A DNA stretch of 63,981 nucleotides, counting the filler, from Kipferlia bialata (taxonomy: Eukaryota), in NCBI GenBank assembly GCA_003568945.1. It is 6 parts of 6 records of this genome, joined end to end, with 100 filler letters (N's around TTAATTAATTAA, not from the genome) between each part and the next. Parts side by side here need not be neighbours in the genome. Positions count along the whole stretch, not along the records: positions 47,987 to 59,868 come from BDIP01001167.1; positions 59,969 to 63,981 come from BDIP01001244.1; 4 more parts are not named here. The stretch is one strand, 5' to 3'. Position numbers and translations under genes: made by a program. The notes beneath the pieces were generated by a model. That model was given only the letters and a program-made list of their open reading frames with translations, had not been told where the DNA came from and made no database searches. Shown one piece after another: positions 53,484-63,981 of this stretch; within the stretch, counting starts at the first letter, position 1, and each line of letters begins with the position of its first letter.

Positions 53484-55021
53484 ACCCCAGCCTCATGGAG
53501 CTCTCCTCCGTGATTGGTGCTCTCAAGGCCAGGATGAAGGGCAAGAAGGTATACATTTATGTATATTATATATATATATATATAAGTAAGTATTAATCTA
53601 TATATAAGGTATATATTTATATATATACATTTATATGAATGAAGGGCAAGAAGGTATATACATGTGTATATTATATATATATGTGTGTGTGTTTAGCTAC
53701 AAGTATATTAGATATATGCTGCTTTCATTGGGCACTATATGGGTGTATATGCGTGGATGCTTTTGATGAAGGCATATTTGATTGTGTTTGAATGTACCTA
53801 TGTATATAGTTGTGTGTATCTATATCCCCTCCACTGCTATATATATATATACATGTATGTATGCATATACTGATACAGTGTGGAAGGGAAGGTCCCTTTC
53901 GATTCCTGTATATATGTCTATAAATGTATGTACATTAATTGGTCTAATGATTTGTTTCTGTTTTGTTGTCTATAACCACAATAGCCAATCTAATTGTAGG
54001 CTGGAAGGGGTCCGTTCGTTGGATTCAAGAACTCAAAGCTGACAACACTCCTGGAGCCTGCTCTTACTGGTAAGTGATAGAATAGTATTTCACATATTTG
54101 TTAACAAGTAGTATTGATATATGTATGGTGTCTCTCTTTTCCCATTCCTCTCACTTATTGTGTAGCCCTCTCTTGTTTACACTTTATGACTATTCCTCTA
54201 TGTATATTCAACACGCAATCAACTATTGTATCGTGCTGTATGTATCGTACTCAATGTTAAGTCATATAATATATTTATATAGATGAGTTATTCAATATTA
54301 TTGAGTGATTGAGACATTTCTATTATTATAATAGCCCAGAAGAATTGAACTCAATACAGGAAGCAGTAAGACCCTTATGCTTGTGACCCTGTGTTCCGAT
54401 GCAGAGTCTGTGGCAGAGAGCGTCAACAGCCTCAGGTATATATATATATATATATATATACACTCTATGTATACTATATAGTTTATATAGTATATGCAAG
54501 AAGCGTCAACGGCCTCAGGTGCATATATACTCTTTGTGTGCTATTTAGTCCATAGTATATATATGTGTCAGATGTAGAATAGTGTTTGTGGTATGCAGAG
54601 TCAGTGTTAGGGAGACGATATGTTGGAGTGAATCCTTTGTTTTACCAGTCAACACCGTCAGATTTACATATTGGGCATTTTCTACTATGTATATGACCTC
54701 AAGTATGATCACTCATAGCCGCAATATGACTGGTTCCATTATGTTGACAGTTATATCTGCCCAATATAGTTATATTTCAATAGTTATATATATAGCAATC
54801 ACACTGACATCCATACTTCTTTGTGCATATGATTATTTGTATGTATATTATGTATATATATATATACTACCTATATTATATGTGCTCTTTTATCTAGATC
54901 ATGAGACAAGTGTTTTGATATATATATGTATTATTATGAGTATGACCTGACTGTCAGGTTTGCCCGTAAGGTTGCCGGCTGCGAGGCCGGTAAGGCAGAG
55001 CGCAATGTCTCCCAGCAGTAG
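48043..55021 (+). CDS. Kinesin-14 (C-terminal motor, KIFC1/Kar3/Ncd type), about 20 small exons (5' partial)
   Basis: Coiled coil, then neck [123 protein letters not shown] 55019-55021. Confidence 0.93.
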
Positions 55022-56397
55022 ACGTCTGAGCGTCTGAAACGCCCTAGAGCGTGTCCTGTGTTTGATGTTTTTGTGTATTTCTTGTCTGACAGCGAGTCTC
55101 TCGCTATATGCTAAGTCTTCCTGAGCATAGTCAGTGTGCCACCGTGATTGATTTATTGATTTGAATTGAATTGATTCATTGTGAGTATGTTCCAATGTAA
55201 CAGGCCTGCAAAGTAGATTGCATGCTGTTCTACAATAGACACCATTCTGTGGATACTTCTTCTACTTGGGTTCTTGTCCATTAGTCATTGAGCGAGTATC
55301 CTGTATCCTGATTCAATAGACTTTACTGGGGTTAAGATGCGAAACAGGATTGAATTCAATATATATATATATATATTTTTATGTACGAATATATTGGGGA
55401 ACGCTGCTTCCCGGAGTTGCCATACAATGAGAATAATTGCAATTTGAAGCAACTAGAGTGTGAGAACTTCACTGAGAAGTATGAAGTTGATTCAAACTAT
55501 ATGCTATTCACCCATATGTTTCTATTTGTAATACAAATTTTGTATCCCAGTTGGAGCCGGTTGGACTCCAGGTTGGAGTCCAACCGCAAGTCCTTAATGA
55601 CCAGTGAAACCACCTGGAGTACACTTACTCCTGATTATGGAATCAATGATGTATCATCATTCAATGATTCATTGTATACAACTACCGCAATCGGAGTCCG
55701 ATTATCGCACCCTGGTGTTCGAATCGCTGGCAATAGAAGACAACCTGCATCGATAGGTCACCTCTCATAGGTGTGTCGTGACTAGTTCAAACCCCCATCC
55801 CAAATAGTGCACTTCAATTGACAATTGTATATCGCGTTGCGGACAGATTGTTGTCAAAACACTCCCATATGTGGAATAGTTCTGGCGACATGTCACAGTC
55901 TGTGGATCACACTGTGATCATCACAGTGCCATCGAAAAGGCATCTGTGATTCAATAGTGAAGATGTTGTCTCATTATGGCTGTGTCTGTTTTGTGAAATA
56001 TGCCATAATTTATGGTCGTTTGGAGAGAACGTGAGACTCACGTCGTGAGTAATACTGGTTCCCACACTAAATTGGCTATGAATCTATAGTGATATGAGTC
56101 TCATGTTGTTGATTCGCTTGGCCGCAGATACGCCATCTCAAATATACTGTCTCATAAATGAATAGTCGTTGAATAGCCGTTGACACTGGAAGTGGATATA
56201 TAGACACACATGCCATGAATTATAGGAGATTGTGGCATAAGCCACACATAGAGGGAAGGAGAGAGGGAATGAGTCATATCTGGCAAGTATAACTCAGTCA
56301 CTCATTGGCATCTATATCAATATCCTGGGCTGCTGCCTTCTTGGCCTTGGTGGGAACAGGGGGTCTTAGCACAGGTACGATACTTATACTCATTGCC

Positions 56398-56445
56398 GTC
56401 AAGCAACAATGCGTCAAGCAATATTGCGTCAAGCAACAATGCGTC
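56398..56445. repeat. 15-bp direct repeat x3 (GTCAAGCAAYAWTGC)
   Basis: gtcaagcaacaatgc gtcaagcaatattgc gtcaagcaacaatgc. Confidence 0.9.
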
Positions 56446-56481
56446 CATGCACACACAGAGTGTTGAGGATACCTTCCAAGG

Positions 56482-56553
56482 TCTCTTGTGATATGCGGAT
56501 AAGGTACCTGACTTCTACTCAGGGGATTCCGGGTTCGAATCCCGGCATGAGTA
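56482..56553 (+). pseudogene. Degenerate tRNA-Arg(TCT): pseudo-tRNA or tRNA-derived element
   Basis: Perfect anticodon stem CCTGA/TCAGG with loop CT-TCT-AC; perfect T arm CCGGG-TTCGAAT-CCCGG; acceptor stem has two T:T mismatches; D stem does not pair. Confidence 0.7.
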
Positions 56554-57034
56554 CACTTCAACTTCTTCAGTGTAAATGGTCACTCCTCTCTATTTCGCGC
56601 TATGGCACACTTGACAAAGAAGAGGCTAAACAGTTGTTTATATCTACATGTCTATTCAAGCATACACAACATAAGAACAAAAACTCTTGTGCAGAACCCA
56701 ATCATATATACGACTGATCATCGATCATTGGCTATTGATCTCTCTGAAGGATGTGTACCCGGACTGTGTCTCAATCCTCCTCATTGATGAGCCTAACTAT
56801 CTCCGCATACTTGCCCTCGATACCTGGTATGAATACACCAGAATATGAATGCAATAAATATTCCTATCCATCTCAGAGGAGTATACCCCTCCTATATGTG
56901 TCTGAATGGCCACCTATTATAATAATATGACTATTATAAGTGTACGATAAGTGTATGATAATAGAATCGGTATCGAACAGAAAATACATATTACACTATA
57001 AAAATGATGAATGAACACATGAATGTAAAACGTT

Positions 57035-59868
57035 TCACGTACGTCGAAGCCTCTCATCGAAGAGTGCTGTCCTCTCACACAGATGGTCCACAGCTCTGCT
57101 GCTAAGCTCGACATCCGCAAAGAACCCTGTCACTGAGGACGCTGAGGAATACCGCTGAGATGAGAAGAATTAGGGGACATTGTATACACATACATAGTGT
57201 ACGAACATACATATACATGTATATGGAGCCACCCCCAAGTACTGGTATCAGTATATATACTGATATGTCAGAGGGCATGTTGTATATATGAATATACCTG
57301 TCCGCTCAACTTCAAGTTCTTTGGTATGGTGAGGGGCAAAAGGTCATCCCTAGACAGAGCACGACCTCCCACCACTTCTCTCCCTTCTCTCTCTTCTCTC
57401 TCTTCTCTCTCCTTCTGACTGTCAACCTGAGACGTCAGAGACGACACAGTGAGGCCCACATCTCTCCCCCCGCCCTTCTCCCTAGCCGCAGTCCCACTGC
57501 CTGTGCTACCACCAAGGGTGTCTGTGGAGGTATCCATAGGGGAGGCCGGAATGGACATCTGGGTTGCAGCTGTGGTGAGTCCAGTATCCCTGGACAGTAT
57601 CGACAGGGGCTTACGGCCGGTGGCGAAGGTAGAGCCAGAACCCCTAGTAACCCTTGCTCCTGGGACCTGTCGCCTCTTAGCTCGGGTGGGTGTATACACA
57701 GCAGACAGCTGGGAGAAGGCAGCCTCAGAAGCCCCATCCCCCCCCTCACCTGCACGCCTTCTCTCCCCCCTCTCCCCGCTAGCCCTTGGCCTCTTGAGCC
57801 CTAGGGGTACAACGGGCACCCCACCCTCAGATCCTTGAGACACCACCCCCACCTCACCACCGGAGCCAGAGAGACAAGACATGGACAGAGAGTCACCAGT
57901 CCCACTAGCAGTAGTAGCAGAAGGGCGCACTGGGGATGCACGACGGGAGGACATGGGAGTAGGAGTATGCACACACGGTCTGGGAACCTCCACCTCCCCC
58001 AACACCTCCCTGTCTCTATCCACAGGTCTCTCCCCCTCCCTCCCGCTCCCCACAGAGGATATGATAGGGACAGAATACACCACGGTCACGGGGTCCTCAG
58101 CATCCCCTCCCGTCTTCTCAGTATCCACTGCTGCGGGGGGGACATCAGAGTCAGGAACAGTGAGGGAAGTGGGAGGAGTTGTGACACATGGGACAGGAAG
58201 AGTGACTGGAGGATTGCCAGTTGAGAGAGAGGGAGGGTGCACAACCCCCAGCTTCTCCTTCCCCTCCTCCCCTCTCTCCTCCTCCTCTGTGTCCTCTCCC
58301 TCACTCAGCACCACCACCTTCTCTCTCTCCTCTCTCTCTTGGTAGCTATCCTCCATGTCGACAGTCCCCTCATCCCCTTCTCCCTCACCCTCTCCCTCTG
58401 TCTCCCTCTGTCTCTCTACCATAGTCAGGTCACTACAGGACCCCACTGGAAGTATGGTCTCTGCTGCAACGCCCTCTACCTCCCTTCCCTCCACCTCCAC
58501 CCCCTTAACCTCCAGTCTGTCGGGCTCCACTGGAATCGCAACCCCAGCCCTCGACTCCCTCTCCCCCACCTCACCCTCCCTCTCCCCCTGAACCATAGTA
58601 TTGTCACTCTCTCTCTGCGTAGTGTCCGAGGTGTCGTGAGAGAGATATGGGGGTGATGTGCAGTCGTAGTCTGGGGCCGCCCCCGCCTGTCCCTCCTCAT
58701 ACAACATCACAGCCAACAGGATGGAGGACACATCCTAGATATAAGAGGGGGGGAGAGGTGTGTGAGAGAGGAAGAGGATAGTTCGCCACAGACACCGAAT
58801 GCAGGACACATCATACATAGAGAGAGATATCCTATGACTTGCATTACTACATAGACAGACAGATATCTATAGAGAGAGACCGACTGAAGGTTCAACCACT
58901 TCTAGAACATGATATATATGTATGTATACACATATGCATATCAATATATATACACATACACGGTACCTGACTGGTCAACCACCTCGTTGCAATTCCAGTT
59001 TTGTCCCAGGCATAGTAGCCCTGTATATGAGTATCAGTAACCGAATATATGTATTATATATAGTTCTGTCCCAGGAGGTAGCTAGTTGGAAAGGAAGGGT
59101 GACCATTGTATATGTGATAATACATTTTATCCACAAATACCAATACAAGGGAACCACAGATAGAATACCATGGTAGGTTACACAGGTATAATACACCATA
59201 TATGTGAGCAAAGTAGAGTCATTGAATGTCAATGATCGTAATACATATGGTAGCATACCCTGAATTTGTTCCAGTCCCTCTCTATGGCATGGATATCTGG
59301 GAAGGGGGGGAGGGGGCCATCATGGGAACCTATGTGTCAGAGAGTACAGAAATATACACCGAGAGAATGACGGGGTTAGGTGGCACAATAGGAACCTGGG
59401 TAATTGCAGGGAGGTCGAAGAGAGAGTAGAGAATTGGAGAACTGACGTCACGATAGTAAATAGATACACACACCATGGGAACCGGTGCATTTAAAAGACA
59501 GAAAGAGGATCAGTTGGTTATCCTCACTGAAGACGTATAAGTGCGCATAGAGGGAGACCCCAACTTGAAGACATGGGTTATGATATCCAATGATAGTGCA
59601 TGTGCAACAGATGTACCTGATCCATGTTTCTGCCTGTGAGACTCATACCGGAGGAAGCACCTGGAGAGTTAGAGGGTGTGACAGCCATTCACTTGGCGGG
59701 GAGGGGGGGGGGGGGGGGGGGGGGGCAGATACAATATACCTCTGTGAACGTGGCCCTCTCTACCGCATACGATATTATATATATATATATATATACATCC
59801 TATGTATATCTTTACCTCTGTGAACGTTGCCCTCTCCTTGTCGTTGAGGTGCTTGAGCAGGTCATATA
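57035..59868 (-). CDS. Uncharacterised multi-exon protein with a 1.4-kb acidic/Ser-Gly low-complexity exon (5' partial)
   Basis: 487-aa ORF 57268-58731 bounded by splice sites; last exon ...ALFDERLRRT*; small upstream exons up to the contig end. Confidence 0.6.
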
Positions 59869-59968
59869 NNNNNNNNNNNNNNNNNNNNNNNNNNNNNNNN
59901 NNNNNNNNNNNNTTAATTAATTAANNNNNNNNNNNNNNNNNNNNNNNNNNNNNNNNNNNNNNNNNNNN
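59869..59968. other. Artificial contig linker
   Basis: N44-TTAATTAATTAA-N44. Confidence 0.98.
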
Positions 59969-60396
59969 TCACCCACCCTGCTTTGAGAGAGATGGGGGGG
60001 GGGGAGAGAGAGAGAGAGAGAGAGCAACCCAGGTCAAGTCCAATTACACACTGCCCGAACGTAGGGATACCTTCCCGTCAGTGGTATGGAACTCATATCC
60101 AGAGGTGGGTCAGAATAAGCCACTATTGTCAGAGGCCACTAGTCTCTGGCATTGATGTATGGATGTACTGAATGAAAGGATACTCTGTCACAGTGCAATG
60201 TATCAACTCGATTCTCCACTCATCAGACTCGATCAACATAGATCTAGAGCGTCTAGGCCTAGCACTATTGATATAAAAATATCAGAACTTCAACATTTCC
60301 CTCAGTGTCCTCCATTGCAGAACACAAGATTTATGTGCATCTGATAGATAACATCACAGGGTAAAGTGAAGGAACACAAAACAGAATACTCATAAA

Positions 60397-63300
60397 TCAG
60401 TCCCTGAGCAGCATCTCGACCTCGTCCACCCTGTCCCCCTCTGAGTCTGGGTCACCCTCACTAAGGAGAGAGACATCGTCCCTACCTGCACTACCCCCTC
60501 CTAGTGTCACGTTGTGGGAGAGACCGTCGTCTGCATCTATGCCCATATTGTGCATCTCTGCCTCAATGGCAGAGAGGGAGAGAGACATCAGGTCGTCAGG
60601 GTCCAGCCCTATATCGAGGGCATCCCTCTCCCCGGTAGACACACCACTCTCCGCGGCAGCAGTAGTAGTGGAGGGAGAGGGTGCCTGGGGGGAGTCAAAC
60701 CCTGGAAGGTCTCCCTCCCCCCCTCCATCCGCACCCCCTGTGTTGACATTGACCTGTGTGCCACCGAGGTCATCATACCCCTCCTCCTCCTCTTCCTCGC
60801 CATGCTCTCTCTCCCCCTCCTCCCTATCACCCTCCTCATACAGAGCAGTGTCATTAACAGTGCCCCTCTCTCTCTCCATGGGAGAGGCAGGGAGGATGCT
60901 GCCAGTGGTGTCAGGCTCAGGGGACACCACCTCTGCGCCCTCTGCACCCATGCTATAGGACACACCCCTAGAGGCAGAGGCCGTCCTCGACACACTCCTG
61001 CTACCCCTGCCCCCTCTCTCCATGACGGTACTGGCCAGGCCCAGTGACTGTGAGTGGTCTCTGTGTCTGTGTTGGGAGTACTCAGCAGAGGTCAGGGGAG
61101 ACATGTCCAGCTGGGAGCGGGGGAGGGGGTAGGAGGGGGAGAGAGAGGGAGAGAGGGACCGGCTGGCACTGCGGGAGTGACTGCGCACGGGGTGGGACTC
61201 CACCTGAACCAACTGCTCTCGCACCTAGGGGTGAGACTACACACTTAAGCACCCAAGCATGCATATTGTATGTAGAAGTAATACTGAACTGCTAGTGATA
61301 CCTGGGCGAGTGCAGTTCTCAAGTGAGCTGCTTCCTCCCTCTCTGCGTCTCTCTCTCTCTCCAACTGGACAACTCTCTCCCGCTCAGCAACCAGGAGCCG
61401 GTGGACCTGGGAGTGAGGGGAATGCTTAAATTGCTGGTCTATACCTATATAGATTCACATATATATACTCTCTCGCTCTATACATATACTATATATTCAT
61501 GTGTTCCAAATCCCTACCTGTGCGTGCCCCTTTGAGAGTATGCTTCGACCATATACGATACACCATATATACTAGTACTGATATTTTCCACACATTTACC
61601 ACACATACCTGTGCGTGCCCCTTTGTCAATCTCTGCACGTCTGCCTGCTGCTTCAGCAGTCGTGTCTCCAGCTTGCGTCTGTATGCGTCTGCCTCAGCCT
61701 CCTTGGCCCTGGATGCCTTGACCTCCTGCACTAGGTACTTGAGACGCCTGGGTTGAGTGACCATAGGACTCACTATAGAAACACCAATTATCAGGAACAG
61801 CTGCTGGACACGGTATTCGTTTCAATAGTACATTGAACGAATGTCTTGATGGCTTATACACACCTCAGTTCCCCAGCATCTCCCTCTTATAGTGTCTTGA
61901 AGGGTAGTATCCACATGTCACTCGTAAATACAATAGTAATACATACCTGAGTGCCCCCAGCATCTCCCTCTTATGTCTCTTGAAGGGTATTATATATACA
62001 TGACACTAATATCTGCGATAATAATGCATACCTGAGTGCCCCCAGCATCTCCCTCGTATGTCTTAAAGTGTATTAGACATGACACTAATATCTGCGATAG
62101 CAATGCATACCTGAGTGCCCCCAGCATCTCCCTCTTGTGCCTAGACACCATCGATGTCTTGTCCTTCTGCATGGAGGTCAGGGACTGTCTCAGGGAGTCG
62201 GCCTCGGCAGCAGTCTTGGCACACTGCTTGCGCATCTTGACAACCTGAGGATTGGACATATATATGTATATTGCATACAAATGAATACACTACACTACAC
62301 ACACTACTATAGACAGCGTGTGTACCTCGTGGTTCATCTCTGCCACGCCCTGTGCCTTGGCCGCCTCCCTTCTCTCTCTCTCGCCCTCCAGCTCCTGCCT
62401 GACCCCAGGGCTACTCATGCCCAGCACACCCTCCCCCACCCATCGGTGCCTGTCTCTCTCACTGGCAGCCAAGGTGTTGACGATGTCCTCATATCTGGGG
62501 TGAAAGAGTACTATATATACTATATAGAGATATTATATAGAGATACTATATACATATATGTAGTACTATGTACATATATATACCTGTCATACTGTTGTGT
62601 CAGCAGCTCCCTCAGCCTGGCATTGTCTGCCTCCAGGGCCTCACTCCCACTCACCCTCTCCCCCTTCCCCTCCCCTCTCTTAGCTACCCCAGGCGATGCC
62701 CTACCCCCCCTCCCTGTGGCTGCCTCCCTGGGCGTCCCCTCCCCCGTGGCCCTCCTCCGCTGCCTCACTGCAGAGGGGGGTCTCTGACCTCTAGGTACAG
62801 AGGCAGAGGGGGTGGCCTGCACCTTAGTCCCTCCACCTGCCCTCCTACTACCCTTGGTACCCTTAGTACCTCTAGAGGCCATAGGGGTGGCCCTAGACAC
62901 CCTACTGGTCTCTCTGACGCCCCTCCCAGTCTGGCCTCTGTGTGTGGTGGATGGTCTCTCACCCTTGCTCTGCAGTCCAGTCCTACCGGTGCTGGTAGCG
63001 TAGGCTCCAGTGGCATATAGTGGAACCGACGATCCATGGTGCCGGGTCTCGTCTCCTCTCCCCCACCCCATGCTCTCCGCTAGACACCCCTCCCCACCTG
63101 CCTCTCTCTCCCCCTCATAGAGAGGGGAGGAGAGAGAGACCGACCCTGCATGTGCCATCACACTCTCCCTCTCTGCCCTTCTCTCCCTCTGACTGCCTGG
63201 GATGGGTATCGGTCTGGCTGTGTTGCGGGTGTCTAGGCCAAAGGATAGACTGCCTGTGGAGACAGGACCAGACTCATCCAGCCTCCTTGTCTCTCTCCCA

Positions 63301-63872
63301 CTGTGTACACTCTCTCTCCCAGTGTCACCACCCCTGCCACTGCTATATAGTCTGTCCATCAGACCCACCCCTCCCCTCTGCCTGGCAGGCTGGGTGGCCG
63401 GGGGTGCCCGCATGGTATGGGCCACACTGGATACATACAGGGACTCGTGGGGTCGGGGGGCAGAGAGAGGGGCTGCCCTACTCATGCCACTCTGTCCATA
63501 GCCACCATCAGAACCCTTGTCCCCCTCTCCCTTGACCTGTAGTCTGTCGAGGGCCCCTGGTGTCAGCGTGTCTATACACATGCACATATATATATATATA
63601 TATACCAGCATATACACACTGGTACTTGTACCTGCTATGATGTCCTCCAGTTCAGTCCGTCTGGTGTTCACACCTGAGGGTGAGAGAGGCATAGAGTAAG
63701 ATAGAGCAGGCGAACACCACTCTGTTCTCACACACAAGCTGTGACAGTCCTTAGTTGTGTGTTGTATATGGCAGTATTCAGGTAAGCCCACATAGTAACA
63801 ATCCCTCCCCTACCTGGTGCCCTGTAGTGCAGGTGTCCATTGCCATGGGAGGGGGCATGGGGTGCATGGGGC
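60397..63872 (-). CDS. Uncharacterised coiled-coil protein with low-complexity termini (probably 5' partial)
   Basis: Long exons about 62583-63559 and 60397-61224; heptad-like central exons (EALEADNARLRELLTQQY, AEADSLRQSLTSMQKDK, EAEADAYRRKLETRLLKQQADVQRL). Confidence 0.65.
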
Positions 63873-63981
63873 CTGGGTCAGAGGGGGGAAGGGTGATAGT
63901 ATAAGGTATATAGAGACACATCATCAGAACGAGAAATGGGGGGGGGGGGGGGGGGGAAGGAAAAAAAAAAAAAAAAAAAAC

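Noticed and set aside
48102..54950. Many short ORF-track entries rich in YIYI/SLSL/VCVC
   Set aside because: They are translations of intronic TA/GA/GT microsatellites or antisense shadows of GC-rich exons.
37009..55021. Apparent clustering of two kinesins and several helicases
   Set aside because: They lie on different contigs joined artificially.
55381..55770. 129-aa ORF downstream of kinesin-14
   Set aside because: No recognisable domain, composition unlike the confirmed exons, and it overlaps the palindrome cluster.

Overview
Eukaryotic, intron-rich genomic DNA: short GT-AG introns, TA/GA microsatellites and G/C homopolymers. The intron style (branch point close to the 3' splice site) suggests a metamonad protist such as the fornicate Kipferlia; this is an unverified inference. 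The window is not one locus. It holds six contigs joined by artificial 100-nt N44-TTAATTAATTAA-N44 linkers; the first five are about 11.9 kb each, in decreasing length. I assembled spliced gene models by hand. Contig 1: alkaline phosphatase 5' exon, kelch-like protein, TRANK1/LBA1-like UvrD helicase, C2-domain protein. Contig 2: type I membrane protein, YEATS protein, giant-virus-like GIY-YIG/zinc-knuckle protein, second kelch-like protein, and an MLKL-like helical bundle + Rab-like GTPase + PH fusion. Contig 3: large DExH helicase. Contig 4: kinesin-ankyrin fusion, bacterial-type C_GCAxxG_C_C protein, DBP2-like DEAD-box helicase. Contig 5: kinesin-14 and a degenerate tRNA-Arg(TCT). Several uncharacterised low-complexity genes are also present. 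The best candidate for a new system is the MLKL-like 4HB/Rab/PH protein (21572-23737, minus strand), a possible GTPase-switched, phosphoinositide-targeted membrane-damaging or cell-death effector. The second is the pervasive duplication of splice junctions inside introns. All domain calls come from motif recognition by eye, not database searches.
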